Virus record (IMG/VR): IMGVR_UViG_3300043754_000129
Coordinates: 128,001 to 192,000 of that record
Length of the DNA stretch: 64,000 nt
Source: a virus
Lineage: Duplodnaviria > Caudoviricetes
Strand: one strand, 5' to 3'
Below are positions 29,114-39,535 of the stretch, one piece after another (position 1 is the first letter of the stretch; each line of letters opens with the position of its first letter). The notes under the pieces were generated by a model. That model worked only from the letters and a program-made list of their open reading frames with translations. It did not search any database and was not told the origin of the DNA. Made by a program: the position numbers and the translations under genes.

Positions 29114-31213
29114 ATGTCAGTTACGACGTACGTCTTAAAAGGGTTCATCGAGAACAACGCCTTCCTGGACGCTACACCTGGTGCGGTGTCCACGATCGGT
29201 GAGCTCTCGACGCTGTCGAGCACGTACTCGACGACCAAGGCGGAATACTTCCAGGAAAGCATTTCGCCCGACCTTACCCTGACCACCTTTACCAGCAACG
29301 ATTCGAGCACGGGTAACGTTCAGGTCCCCCAGAACCTGGTGACCCAGATTCTCGAAATCGCTGCTTGGGTGTTCGCTCAAACTCAAGCGATCCCCAATCC
29401 TGGCAAAATTGCGGCCGCGACGATCACTGCCGGTCTCTTGGCGCAATTCGAGACCAGTGCACAGAATTTCACGTGTGGCAACATGGTCACCGACGGAACC
29501 TACTGGGTTCCCGAGTGGGTGCAGTGGGAAAACACCACCGACAGCACCTACGGCTCGATCTCGACGGGCAAGGCCAACATCATCAAGATCTGGTTTGACG
29601 ACGCCTCGTTCAAGACCGAGTACGACGGCTACCAGATCGTGGTGATCCCGCCGATCACGCCGCTGGACAACTTCTTCACGACGTCCGCGAACGTGCTGGC
29701 CCTGATTGATGGTGTCTCGTATATCGAGAACATCAACAACATCCAGGCCGCAAAGAACGGCAACCCGGAAACCGTGCTCGTGGGTGAGACCTACGATTAC
29801 GTGGATCCGACCAATCAGACGAACCTGATCCCGACGAACTGGTCGCTCCTGATCTACGGGCCGGCCGGTAACAACATCGACGCGATCCAGAACGCGCTGA
29901 TCAACTACATCCTCGCGAACAGCTCGCACACGCAAGCTGAGTGGACGAACATTCTGCCGAGTCTTTTCAAGCAGACTGAGTTCACGCTGATCCCGATGTG
30001 GGACCAGTACGCGATCCCGAACCGCAACCAGGTCACGGGCATCTACTCGCCGCAGGCTAACGCCTCGCGCGCATTGTCGATGATGAATAGCGTCGCGCAA
30101 GCCTACCCGGCCGCACACATCGCCAGCAACACGGTGGTGCAGTCGTTCCCGTACAACTGCGTGGCGCTCGTCTCGTGCGGCTCGCCGAACAACTCGGGCA
30201 ACAACTTCCAGCTGGAAGACGTGTACCTGGATCTGCTCTCGGTGCCGTCGACCAATGTGAACTTCTCGAAGATGTCGCAGGCCACGCAGACGTTCTTCCT
30301 GATGCTCGACCAGATGTTGATCGCCGCGGAATCGCTGACCGAGTACGGTAACGTGCCGGTGGGGATGTCGACGCTCATGCGTGACGGCATCTTCTATCTG
30401 GTGTCGACGCTGAACAACATCAACTACCTGATGGTCTGCAAGTCGAACTTCCCGCTCGCCAATGTGAATGGCTTCGGTTCGGACGGCGTGTGGTCTTCGG
30501 GCAGCACGGGCAGCGATGGCTCGTCGGGTTCGGGCAGTGACGGTAGCTCGGGCAGCTCCGGTAGCGGCGTGACCAATACGCTCAACCCGGATCGTCTGGG
30601 CAACAACGGCACGCTCACGAACAACAACCTCTCGCTCTCGACGTCGGGCAGCAGCTGGACGGCAGCGCAATCGCTCCTCGGGGCGAAGACGGGTCAGTTC
30701 TACGTGGAAGCCACGGTGAACAAGATCGGTGCAGGTGTGGCGCTGGGTCTGTGCAACGGCGTGGAAAGCATGAATGCGTTCATCGGCAATGATCCTTCGG
30801 GTATCGTCGCCTACGACGAAGTCATCACGTCCGTCAACAGCGGGGTGTTCACCAACGGCGCGTTTGTCTCGGCTGGCACGACGGCCACGGAAGGTCACTT
30901 CCAGATGGTCGCGGGTGACGTGATCGGGATTGCAGTGAACCTGACCGAACAACTCGTGTGGTTCTACAACGCGCAAACGGGCCTGTGGAATAACGACGTG
31001 CTGGCGAACCAGAACCCGGTCGGCAACATCGGCGGTATCAGTATCCAGTCGCTCGTGAACGCGGGCTACCAGGACATCGTCTATCTGGCTGTGGGCGTCA
31101 TGAGCGGCAACGACCAGATCACCGTGAACCTGGGCGCGACGACGTTCGCACACACGCAGCCTTCGGGTTACGCGTCGTGGGCAGACACCTCGGGCCAGGT
31201 GGTGACGAGCTAA
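29114..31213 (+). CDS. Virion structural protein (phiKZ gp157-like N-terminal body) plus Gly/Ser linker plus SPRY-like domain, 699 aa
   Basis: GAGG RBS. N-terminus YVLKGFIE...IGELSTLSSTYS resembles the gp157 family. GS-rich linker about 30470-30575. C-terminal beta-sandwich ...GQFYVEAT...GDVIGIAVN...LVWFYN. Confidence 0.75.
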   Translation: MSVTTYVLKGFIENNAFLDATPGAVSTIGELSTLSSTYSTTKAEYFQESISPDLTLTTFTSNDSSTGNVQVPQNLVTQILEIAAWVFAQTQAIPNPGKIAAATITAGLLAQFETSAQNFTCGNMVTDGTYWVPEWVQWENTTDSTYGSISTGKANIIKIWFDDASFKTEYDGYQIVVIPPITPLDNFFTTSANVLALIDGVSYIENINNIQAAKNGNPETVLVGETYDYVDPTNQTNLIPTNWSLLIYGPAGNNIDAIQNALINYILANSSHTQAEWTNILPSLFKQTEFTLIPMWDQYAIPNRNQVTGIYSPQANASRALSMMNSVAQAYPAAHIASNTVVQSFPYNCVALVSCGSPNNSGNNFQLEDVYLDLLSVPSTNVNFSKMSQATQTFFLMLDQMLIAAESLTEYGNVPVGMSTLMRDGIFYLVSTLNNINYLMVCKSNFPLANVNGFGSDGVWSSGSTGSDGSSGSGSDGSSGSSGSGVTNTLNPDRLGNNGTLTNNNLSLSTSGSSWTAAQSLLGAKTGQFYVEATVNKIGAGVALGLCNGVESMNAFIGNDPSGIVAYDEVITSVNSGVFTNGAFVSAGTTATEGHFQMVAGDVIGIAVNLTEQLVWFYNAQTGLWNNDVLANQNPVGNIGGISIQSLVNAGYQDIVYLAVGVMSGNDQITVNLGATTFAHTQPSGYASWADTSGQVVTS

Positions 31214-31230
31214 ACAAGGAGAAGTAACGC

Positions 31231-32541
31231 ATGGCTTCGGTCCTCAATCCGAACATTGGGGCGAAGGGTGTGTGGACGTTGAACGCACCCTTCAATGCCG
31301 CAGTGCAAGCGAATGTGTCCTACACGTGTATGGCCATTCGCAAGCTGAGCGACATCATTGCGGCGGGAGGTGATCCATTCACCACGTACTACTCGCCCAA
31401 TTCGCTTACGCAAGCGCAGTACCAAGCGGACGTGCAGGCCGGAGCCTCCATCGTTTCGCTGCAAGCCTCGGGTAGCAGCTGGCTGTATGTGCCGAATACG
31501 TACATCGCCCAGATGCCCAATCCGAACAACATCCCGTATCGCTCCATTGTGCTCGGTGCGATGCTCGGACCCCTGCCTGATAACTACGACCTGTCGTATG
31601 TGAAGTCGCAGGTGGCGCTGGCCATTAAGGATGCGGTGGGTATTGCCAATCCAGTGATCAATTCGATTGCGGTCTCCCCGCAGTTGATGATCAGTGCCAC
31701 GGAAGACACCTCACTGAAAGCGGCGCGTGCCGCAGTGGTGAGCGCAGCCGGTACGCCCACGGCGCAACTCATCGCGCTGCAAGCCAAGTACGACGCGCTG
31801 CAACAACAGATGCAAACGCTCGTCACGTGGCTGCAAGGTGAGATCGGCTCCGGTGCGATTGTGATCACCAATCCGGGCGGTGGCTCCGATGGTGGTACAG
31901 GTCCGATTACGGTCACGGTCAACTCGACCTTCAACCCGGCAACGCTGCCAGGTGGCCTGGAGTTGGCGAACACCAACATGAAGGTGATTGCGACCGCCAA
32001 CGAATGGCAAACGGCACGTACGACGTATGGTCAATCCGCAGGGCTCTTGTACTGCGAGTTCACGATCAATCGTCTCACGGGTGCGGTGGGCTTCGGTATC
32101 TGTAACCAGCTGGAAGCACCGAACGGTGAACTGGGTGCCGATGCGAACGGCATCATGATGTACACGAATTTGGCCAACGCCACGTCGGGTATCTTCTATC
32201 TGGGTGGCACGATCGGGGCGATTGGTTCGCAAGCACCAAGCCAAGGCAGCACGGTTGGTATCGCCGTCAACATCCCGCTCGGTCTGATCTGGTTCTACAA
32301 CCCGATCACCCAACAGTGGAATGGCGATGTCCCGTCCAAGCAGAATCCGTCGGGCAACATCGGAGGCATCAGCATCTCGAGCATCACCAAGCAAAACGAC
32401 TTGGCCGCTCAAGTGTTCCCGGCTGCTTCGCTCTGGCAGGTGGCCGATGCGGTCACGTTCAACGCAGGCGCTACCGCTTTCGTGAATACGATCCCGGCTG
32501 GCTACCAAGCCTGGAATACGGAGCAAACCTCGACTACGTAA
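31231..32541 (+). CDS. Virion structural protein plus SPRY-like domain, 436 aa
   Basis: AAGGAG RBS. N-terminal PNIGAKGVWTLNAPF...YTCMAIRKLSD domain, a coiled coil, a GGGSDGG linker, then an SPRY-like C-terminal domain. Confidence 0.75.
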   Translation: MASVLNPNIGAKGVWTLNAPFNAAVQANVSYTCMAIRKLSDIIAAGGDPFTTYYSPNSLTQAQYQADVQAGASIVSLQASGSSWLYVPNTYIAQMPNPNNIPYRSIVLGAMLGPLPDNYDLSYVKSQVALAIKDAVGIANPVINSIAVSPQLMISATEDTSLKAARAAVVSAAGTPTAQLIALQAKYDALQQQMQTLVTWLQGEIGSGAIVITNPGGGSDGGTGPITVTVNSTFNPATLPGGLELANTNMKVIATANEWQTARTTYGQSAGLLYCEFTINRLTGAVGFGICNQLEAPNGELGADANGIMMYTNLANATSGIFYLGGTIGAIGSQAPSQGSTVGIAVNIPLGLIWFYNPITQQWNGDVPSKQNPSGNIGGISISSITKQNDLAAQVFPAASLWQVADAVTFNAGATAFVNTIPAGYQAWNTEQTSTT

Positions 32542-32544
32542 GTA

Positions 32545-32587
32545 GGCGGCATAAAGGCCCGGCATTGCGCCGGGCTCATATGCCGTC
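32545..32587. terminator. GGCATA/TATGCC-family hairpin between convergent genes
   Basis: GGCGGCATA-AAG-GCCCGGC-ATTGC-GCCGGGC-TCA-TATGCCGTC. Confidence 0.75.
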
Positions 32588-32590
32588 AGG

Positions 32591-32749
32591 TTACTTCTTG
32601 AACATGTTCCATGCCGCAGCCCCAAGAGCAGCCAGCATGAGGACCAGCCCCGCGATCAGAATCCAGAGCGTGACTTCCAGATCACCCTGACTCATACCCG
32701 AGGTCGTGATCGCATGGGGCAGAAGCACCACAGGTGCCGCCATGACCAT
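32591..32749 (-). CDS. Small single-pass membrane protein, 52 aa
   Basis: GGAG RBS overlapping the upstream stop. TM LWILIAGLVLMLAALGAAAW followed by KK. Confidence 0.6.
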   Translation of the reverse strand: MVMAAPVVLLPHAITTSGMSQGDLEVTLWILIAGLVLMLAALGAAAWNMFKK

Positions 32750-32750
32750 C

Positions 32751-33278
32751 TTACTCTCCGATGTATTGCGTGAGCATCTTGAACCCGTCATTCAGATCGC
32801 CGAGGATTTCCGCTTTGATCTGATGCGGCGTGATGTCAAATGAGCGCAGACCCAACTGATCACCGTAGTAATCGATCATGATCTTGCCCTCGTTATCCGG
32901 CAGGCCTTCATAAAGAATGGCACCCACGCCCAGGTTCAGGAACAGCTGCTCTTGGCCACCCTTACCGAAGTTGTAGAAGCCGCTCTTGATTTCACCGATC
33001 GGCATGTACTTCGCAAACCGGTGGAAGTCATCCTCGAAGGTCGGCAGGTAGTCCTTGTTCGGACGCACCACACCCTTACCCCCCAAGATCATCTTGCTGT
33101 CCAGATAACGACAGAAGATGCCCCACTCACCAAAGAAGGGCAGCTTCAGATTCGTCTGCGGCTGCACCTCAGGCGCTTGCTGATTCATCGGAACGAACTG
33201 TGCATCGGGGACTTCCGACACCGGCTTGAACGCAATCGTGCCATCCGGCTCACGGGTGTACATCTTCATCTGCCCCAT
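32751..33278 (-). CDS. Hypothetical protein (about 175 aa; start uncertain, 33296 possible)
   Basis: Protein-like ORF in a minus-strand operon. Confidence 0.6.
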   Translation of the reverse strand: MGQMKMYTREPDGTIAFKPVSEVPDAQFVPMNQQAPEVQPQTNLKLPFFGEWGIFCRYLDSKMILGGKGVVRPNKDYLPTFEDDFHRFAKYMPIGEIKSGFYNFGKGGQEQLFLNLGVGAILYEGLPDNEGKIMIDYYGDQLGLRSFDITPHQIKAEILGDLNDGFKMLTQYIGE

Positions 33279-33307
33279 GGCCGGCGGCGGCGTCAAATCA
33301 ACCGGCG

Positions 33308-34402
33308 TTACTTTTTTTTTAGTCCCACCAGCGTGTCGGAGGTCTTGGCGTGGATGAGCTTCTGCTCGTTGAGCGAGTAGTCACCGATGTCCTTCCAGCC
33401 GTCCATGCCGTAGAAGATCACCTTGACGGGCGAGACTTCCGAAGGCAGGGCCGTGAGGAGCAGTGCGAACTGATCCGTGTTCACGAGGAACTGGAGTTGC
33501 TTGGTGTCGCGATCCAGGTAGAAGCCCACCGGCCACTTGCGCAGGTTGCGCTCTTCCGTCCAGTACGCGTCGTTCTCGAAGCGCTTCAGTGGCTTGCCAT
33601 CGGGCAGCTCGTAGCCAGCCTGGAGTTCGCCGCACGCACCGAAGAGCATACTCGAATGCAGGTGGTCCATGAAGATGCTGCCGCGACCGATGAACGCCGA
33701 CAGAATGCCTTGGGCGACTTCCGCTTCAGCCTGCGCTTCCGTGGGTTGCGTCGGAGCGGCTTCCGTCGGTTGCTCGATCTTGCGATCGGCTTCCGGCACG
33801 ACGAAGTCTGCACCCGAGACCGTCGGGGCTTTCTTCGACAGATGGTCGACCGTCACCTGATCGATCAGGGCAATCGTCGCTTCCGGCAGCCCAGCGTTGG
33901 TCATCGCTTGCTTGAGCAGGCTTTGTGCCGAGGCGAGGGCTGCTTCGATCGGCGACTTGGGAGCCGGCGTTTCCGGAGCAGCATGCGAGAGTTGCCAGAC
34001 GTGGGCGACCTTCGGCTGGGTCGTGTGACCATCGACGAGCACACCGTCGTTCGGATGCGGTGCCGCCACGCGTGCTTGCGCGATGGCTGCGGAGACAGCT
34101 TGTTCGGGATTCTCGCCCTCCGGCACCACTACTTTCAGCAACGTGCGTTCGGCTGGCAACTGCATGCCTTGCTTTTGCATCGTGGCTTCGATAGCCGCCA
34201 GTCCTTCGCCATTTCCCCCGACCTTCGTCGCGAGCGCGTGAGCCGCAAGCAGCTCCTGCGACGTGAACTCGCCCCGCATCGGCGGGACGTCTTGCATGTT
34301 CTGCACCTTGAGCGTGAGCGCGAGCATCTTGCGCGTCATGTCGTTCTGTTGCTGGTGAAGTTCACGCAGCTCGTTCAGAAGGTCTTGTTTCGTGATAGCC
34401 AT
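33308..34402 (-). CDS. Hypothetical protein, 364 aa
   Basis: N-terminal coiled coil, Ala/Pro/Glu-rich middle and globular aromatic-rich C-terminus. Directly downstream of the SbcC-like gene. Confidence 0.65.
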   Translation of the reverse strand: MAITKQDLLNELRELHQQQNDMTRKMLALTLKVQNMQDVPPMRGEFTSQELLAAHALATKVGGNGEGLAAIEATMQKQGMQLPAERTLLKVVVPEGENPEQAVSAAIAQARVAAPHPNDGVLVDGHTTQPKVAHVWQLSHAAPETPAPKSPIEAALASAQSLLKQAMTNAGLPEATIALIDQVTVDHLSKKAPTVSGADFVVPEADRKIEQPTEAAPTQPTEAQAEAEVAQGILSAFIGRGSIFMDHLHSSMLFGACGELQAGYELPDGKPLKRFENDAYWTEERNLRKWPVGFYLDRDTKQLQFLVNTDQFALLLTALPSEVSPVKVIFYGMDGWKDIGDYSLNEQKLIHAKTSDTLVGLKKK

Positions 34403-34415
34403 TTGTTCTGCCTAC

Positions 34416-36944
34416 TTAGTTGGTGATGACAACGTGTTGGTTATACACCTTGGGGGTGGCGATGTTGCGCGCATCCAGTACACAGACCTGCGCATTCGTA
34501 AAGGCACCGTAGTGACTCTCGTAGTGCGAGATCATGTAAAGTTGCGTAAAGGGCTTGGTTTCCATTAGCGTCTTGATTGCCATGACCGCTGCGGTCCGGT
34601 GTTCCAAGTCCAGGGTCTTACCAAACTCGTCGAGCTTGAGCACGCCGTGTTCCAGATGCAGATACTTCAGGGACACAACCTTCCATGCCAGGTCAACGAT
34701 TTCCTGCATGCCGCTTGAGCCACGCGAGACGTCTGGCACGATGTTATCGCGGGTGCCGACCATCATCGGGAACTTGTAATCCAGCTCCGCTCCCTTTTCA
34801 TTGGCGACGCCACACGGCTGCACTTCCAGTTTGTACGCCCAGATCTTGCGAATGAGTTGGTTCATCTCCATCGTGAAATGGCGAATGAAACCGAACATGC
34901 CTTCCGCGATCAATCCATCCTTGGGCGACAGGGCCTTCAGCGTAGCCTTGAGGGCTTGCTCTTCTTTCTGACGCGCCGCAATCGTCGTCTTCAAATGCTC
35001 AACGATCGCCTTTTGCTGGCGCAGTTGACTGAGCGTCTCTTCCTTACGAGCCAGAGAGCTCTGCACGTGCTGGATACACTGTTGGATCATCTGCAAACGC
35101 ATGGTTTCCACCACGTCGTTTGTGAGCATATCAAGACGCTCGATGTATTCCTTTACTCGTGCCTCCAAGCTGATCGCCGTTTCCAGTTGCTTGCGATACA
35201 CGTAGAACTCATTCAAGTCCTTACGGGCATTCGTGAGCGCCTTGGTCATCTGCTCGATCTCAACGGTGCAGTAGTTCAGCTTCTCCACTGCGTCGTTGAT
35301 GTTCTGGTCCCCGAGTTGCTCTGACTGAGCCAAGAGCTTCTTGAGGTCCTCGATCTCTGCATCGCCGATCTTCGCTTTCACCTCACAGCCCAGATCGTGT
35401 TCAAAGACCTGGAGGGCGGAAAGAATGGAACGCGGCGCTTCGACAACGGCGTTGCGATCCGTGATGTGATCCCAGAACGCAAAGAGAGAAGGCGTGGCCC
35501 GAGTGATCTGGATGAACTGACGGAAAAGCGCACCGTAGCTTTCCTGCTCGGCAATCTTGGCTTCCACTGCCTTCAGGTTCGCTTCCTGCGTTGCGATCTC
35601 TTGCTCGGCCTGCTTGATGAAGTTCTTGAGCGCTTCGTACTGCTGGTCGCTCAAGCCCATGTGGAACTTGTGGTTACACTTGGGGCAGGTGACAGAGCCG
35701 TTCTCCCGGTGTTCGTCGGCGTGTTGCTTGCGTGCTTGGGCCTGAGCCAAATCCCGCGTCTTCTGCTGGATGAGTTCTCGCACCTTCTGGTGATTAGCCT
35801 TGAGCTCTTGCAAGACCGCTGAACCAAAGTACTTGCTTTCGTTGCTCGGGAGTTCTGACAGCACAGCCGTCAAGTCGTGACGAATCGACTCGACCGTGCG
35901 AAGCGCATCCGTCGGATCAGCACTCACCAGTTCCAGCTTCAGCCGGCGTTCCTTCAGATGGTTCAGGCGCGTCTCAGCAGTCGCCGCAATCTTCTTGCGC
36001 ACCGACTCGATCCCGTCTGCCCCTTGCTTCTTCAGGATGTCCACGGTCTCTTTCAACTTCCCATGGTCGCCCACCATCTTCGCAAGCACTGCCTCTTGCG
36101 CCGTGATGTGTTCCTTGATGTCTTCGATGTAGTTCTGCACATCGTCAATCGAGTTAAACGTCACGTGTTGCAGCTGACCCCAGTCATCGCGATAGAGGTG
36201 CGCCGGCGACTCGATCTTCATGTGCAACAGTTGCTCAGAGATCGACTTCAGTTGCGTTTCTGTGCGTTCCCGTTCCGACTGCACTTCTTGCAACGGCCGC
36301 TTAATGGGAGCGCGCATCTCGAAGAGGCTCGAGAGTTCCGTATGCAGTTGCTTGACTTCAGCGATGAGGATGTGCTGCTCTTCTTCCGTGATGATCTTGT
36401 TCTGCTCAATCACCAGCGAACGCTTATCCAGATCGAGCGCCCCCACGACACTGCGATGCTCTTTGCTGAGCTTATCGAATACACTGATCGCGTAGTCAAA
36501 GGAGACGTCGTTGAGCAGCGTGAACCATTCGCGGCGCGCGCCCGGTCCCAGATCCGTCAGTCGCACGAGCCCCAGTTCCAGCTCATGGATGTCCGGCGTG
36601 ATACCGAAGTGCTGACGCACCAGTTCCTTTTGCACCGCAGCCGTGCCACCCGGGTTCAGTTCCTCGCCGTCCTTCTGGAAGCTATGGATCTGCTTGCGGG
36701 AGAAGTCGCTGGTCAAAATGTAGGTAAAACCGCGATCAACAATATGAATCTCTTTGCAGCCGTCTTTGAGGTAATCGGCCGGATTCGCAGGTAGGGGCGT
36801 CAACTCCTGCAACAAGGAGGACTTCCCGCTACCGTTGGTGCCCAGAACCATCTGAATCTGTTCTGTGGGCCGAATTTCAAAGCGCAACACTTGGTTCAAT
36901 GCGAACCGCTTAAAGCCTTTCAAAATCAGGGCAGTGTAGCGCAT
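34416..36944 (-). CDS. sbcC: SbcC/Rad50-like SMC ATPase (phiKZ gp165-like), 842 aa
   Basis: Walker A GTNGSGKSS, long coiled coils with a central CPKC zinc hook, signature SRGSSGMQE and Walker B LKLDEFGKTLD. Confidence 0.93.
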   Translation of the reverse strand: MRYTALILKGFKRFALNQVLRFEIRPTEQIQMVLGTNGSGKSSLLQELTPLPANPADYLKDGCKEIHIVDRGFTYILTSDFSRKQIHSFQKDGEELNPGGTAAVQKELVRQHFGITPDIHELELGLVRLTDLGPGARREWFTLLNDVSFDYAISVFDKLSKEHRSVVGALDLDKRSLVIEQNKIITEEEQHILIAEVKQLHTELSSLFEMRAPIKRPLQEVQSERERTETQLKSISEQLLHMKIESPAHLYRDDWGQLQHVTFNSIDDVQNYIEDIKEHITAQEAVLAKMVGDHGKLKETVDILKKQGADGIESVRKKIAATAETRLNHLKERRLKLELVSADPTDALRTVESIRHDLTAVLSELPSNESKYFGSAVLQELKANHQKVRELIQQKTRDLAQAQARKQHADEHRENGSVTCPKCNHKFHMGLSDQQYEALKNFIKQAEQEIATQEANLKAVEAKIAEQESYGALFRQFIQITRATPSLFAFWDHITDRNAVVEAPRSILSALQVFEHDLGCEVKAKIGDAEIEDLKKLLAQSEQLGDQNINDAVEKLNYCTVEIEQMTKALTNARKDLNEFYVYRKQLETAISLEARVKEYIERLDMLTNDVVETMRLQMIQQCIQHVQSSLARKEETLSQLRQQKAIVEHLKTTIAARQKEEQALKATLKALSPKDGLIAEGMFGFIRHFTMEMNQLIRKIWAYKLEVQPCGVANEKGAELDYKFPMMVGTRDNIVPDVSRGSSGMQEIVDLAWKVVSLKYLHLEHGVLKLDEFGKTLDLEHRTAAVMAIKTLMETKPFTQLYMISHYESHYGAFTNAQVCVLDARNIATPKVYNQHVVITN

Positions 36945-37011
36945 GTTAGTATCCTGGTAGTATCTTCACAAACCATTCCGGTGCGTGATATCTTTTTTCA
37001 CGAGCGAACGA

Positions 37012-38028
37012 ATGTCGACAAAACCCAACAGTTCGCCGCATCCACAGAGCTCTATGCTGCGCTTTTACAGCATGGGGATTGTGGCGGCCAACAAGGCGCT
37101 CTCCAGCAAAATCATTGAAGTGACGCCCATTGAGCACCTGCCGTTTGTCAACGGTCAGCTCACCAACACTGGGACCACGGTAACCGCGCAAGGCACCGAT
37201 GCAAACGGGGCTTCTTACAGCACGCAGGTGGCCACCAGTGTAACCATTCAAGCCGAGTGGACCCCAGAGGGAGAGAGCAATCGCCAAACGGCACCGGATG
37301 TCCGGCGCGGCGAGTACGTCAAGCTCTACCAGTTTGCCGATGCGGACAAGTACTACTGGACGACCAGTGGCCTGCCTGCCCAGCGCAAGCTCGAAACCGT
37401 CGTGCATGCCTACAGTGGCACGGCCGATGAAAGCGCGGACATGGACCACACGAATTCCTATTACAAGGAAATCTCCACGCACCAGGGTCTCGTTCACTGG
37501 CACACCTCCGCCGCTAACGGCGAGTTCACCGAATACGACATCCAGCTCAACGCCAAGGACGGTTACTTCCGCTTCCAAGACGGCAAGGGCAACGTGATGA
37601 TCATCGATTCAACGCAGAACATGTTCCAGTACACGAATGCGACTGGCTCCATGTTGCAAATCCTGCAAGACACGATGAGCTTCGTGATCCCGAAGTCGAT
37701 CTCCATGAAGACGAAGGACATGACGATCGAAGCGTCCAACTCGTTGTCGATCACGACGCAAACGAACACGCTCAAGGCGACGACCAACAACATGACGGCG
37801 CAGACTACCCACAATGGGAACTTCACCGAGAACGGGGCGTTCGGTCTGAATGGCGACATGACGACGGCTTCGGGTGGCGGTGGCTCGTCCGGTGGTACGG
37901 CAGGTACGGGTAAGATCACAATCGCTGGCAACATGCACCTCGAAGGCAGCGCGCAGATCGATGGGGACATGCAGGCCAACACGATCGAGGGCCAGAACAT
38001 CACGGCTCCCAATCTGAAATACAACTAA
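37012..38028 (+). CDS. Tail central spike / baseplate protein (phiKZ gp164-like)
   Basis: N-terminal OB-fold-like region (YSMGIVAANK...IEVTP...AEW...APDVRRGEYV), then Thr/Asn-rich beta-helix repeats. Divergent from sbcC as in phiKZ gp164/gp165. Confidence 0.75.
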   Translation: MSTKPNSSPHPQSSMLRFYSMGIVAANKALSSKIIEVTPIEHLPFVNGQLTNTGTTVTAQGTDANGASYSTQVATSVTIQAEWTPEGESNRQTAPDVRRGEYVKLYQFADADKYYWTTSGLPAQRKLETVVHAYSGTADESADMDHTNSYYKEISTHQGLVHWHTSAANGEFTEYDIQLNAKDGYFRFQDGKGNVMIIDSTQNMFQYTNATGSMLQILQDTMSFVIPKSISMKTKDMTIEASNSLSITTQTNTLKATTNNMTAQTTHNGNFTENGAFGLNGDMTTASGGGGSSGGTAGTGKITIAGNMHLEGSAQIDGDMQANTIEGQNITAPNLKYN

Positions 38029-38029
38029 A

Positions 38030-38068
38030 CGGCATAAGGGGAGGGCGCAATGCCCTCCCGTCTGTGCC
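38030..38068. terminator. GGCATA/TGTGCC-family hairpin between convergent genes
   Basis: CGGCATA-AG-GGGAGGGC-GCAAT-GCCCTCCC-GTC-TGTGCC. Confidence 0.7.
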
Positions 38069-38176
38069 TTAGTGCCACATGTGCAGACAGAACTTCTGAA
38101 CCATCAGCGTTGCTTCGATGCCGACAACAATGCCAGCAATGAAGAGCATCAGGCGTTGGATTTCTTCACCACGCAT
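38069..38176 (-). CDS. Small membrane protein, 35 aa (below the ORF-track cutoff)
   Basis: GAGGTG RBS. MRGEEIQRLMLFIAGIVVGIEATLMVQKFCLHMWH*. It fills the gap between the upstream stop and the terminator. Confidence 0.55.
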   Translation of the reverse strand: MRGEEIQRLMLFIAGIVVGIEATLMVQKFCLHMWH

Positions 38177-38185
38177 GTTCACCTC

Positions 38186-39442
38186 TTAAGAGAAGACGAT
38201 GTCCGAGCGGATCTGCATGTAGTAGCCAGCGCTGATGTTGCGCGGGTTCATCGGATCGGCTTGGTTCGTGACCGTCGGTTGAGTCCGCGGATTGGGGACC
38301 GTGTTGAAGATGTAGTTGTCCTTGAGGTTGTCCGCACACTTCAGGGCGTAGCGCGGCTTCTCGTAGACCCACCAGTATTCGTTCAGCTTGCCATAGCCCG
38401 TGATGAGTGGGTAGACGGGCGTGACGTAACTGGCGTAGCAACCCGGCCAGCGCATCTGTTCGAGTTGCACGAAGTCCACCGAGACATCGGTGTTATTGAG
38501 CAGCACAATAAACGACTGGCTGAGTGTGAGCAGCGCCGTGATCGCTGCATCGCTCGTGATCTCTTCGACCGAGATGGCATCGGTGTTCGTCGACATCACC
38601 GACAGGTTCAGATTCGACAGATCGATGTAGTCCTTCGACTCGTAGTAGCGCTCCAGCAGCGGGTAGTTGTTGAAGTCGATCATCAGCGACTGCGTACCCA
38701 CGAGCTTGAAGGTCTTCGTGTCGAGCAGATGCAAGTAGCCGCCAATCACCACCATCACGGTCGTGTTGGTCAAGTCCTGTCCCACGTTGATGTAGGCGTG
38801 GTTCGACAGGGACTGCTTGGTGTTCTGCTTGTAGATCATGTCCGCGGTAATCGGGATGATCGTGAGCGTGCCGATATCCTGGAAGTCCAGAATACCGATC
38901 TTGTTCTTCTTCGAGTGGATGCACGACTTCATGCCGTTCACCACCCACACGCCCGTTTCCTTATCGGTGTCGGTCATGTGGATAAAGCCGTTGATGCTCA
39001 CCAGACAGTTCTGGTAGAACGACTCGTAGTCCGTGTTGGCGCGCTGGAGCACCACGTGCGGCTTATCCGCAATCGGCAGCTTGCTGTCGAGGGCTGCGAT
39101 GGAGGCGATCGGTGTGACACTGTAGCCCGCTTGGAACGCGTTCATGTAGCGGCAGTACGACGGCTGCACCGAAGGCAGGCTGCTCGATGTGGGCAGCGCC
39201 GTATTACCCAAAGACGCCAGATACGCATTGAACGTCAGCGACTGGCTGTTAAAGATGTTGGGCAGAATCGTCGAGAGATCGAGACTCACCTGACCCGTGA
39301 TGAACGGGTTCGTCAAGATCGCGTAGACCTTGGAATAGTTGTCGATCACTTGGGCAAACGTCATGTTACCCAGGTCAATCGAACTCCATTCCTGCCCGCC
39401 CGTGAGGCTCTTACCCAGAGCCGAGACTAGCGTGTAAGCCAT
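38186..39442 (-). CDS. Virion structural protein (phiKZ gp130-like), 418 aa
   Basis: Size, the motif NCLVSINGFIH and the position divergent from the tail-fibre cluster. Confidence 0.65.
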   Translation of the reverse strand: MAYTLVSALGKSLTGGQEWSSIDLGNMTFAQVIDNYSKVYAILTNPFITGQVSLDLSTILPNIFNSQSLTFNAYLASLGNTALPTSSSLPSVQPSYCRYMNAFQAGYSVTPIASIAALDSKLPIADKPHVVLQRANTDYESFYQNCLVSINGFIHMTDTDKETGVWVVNGMKSCIHSKKNKIGILDFQDIGTLTIIPITADMIYKQNTKQSLSNHAYINVGQDLTNTTVMVVIGGYLHLLDTKTFKLVGTQSLMIDFNNYPLLERYYESKDYIDLSNLNLSVMSTNTDAISVEEITSDAAITALLTLSQSFIVLLNNTDVSVDFVQLEQMRWPGCYASYVTPVYPLITGYGKLNEYWWVYEKPRYALKCADNLKDNYIFNTVPNPRTQPTVTNQADPMNPRNISAGYYMQIRSDIVFS

Positions 39443-39535
39443 GATTTAGTCGCCTTTTTGATCGTACATCGTATAGTCAGATTCGATTTACTCAATCGTC
39501 TATACGATGAACTTGCCGGTTAACCGGGAGCATTT

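Noticed and set aside
37900-38190. Search for a PAAR-type spike-tip gene next to the gp164-like spike
   Set aside because: The gap holds only a terminator and a 35-aa hydrophobic ORF with no PAAR motifs.
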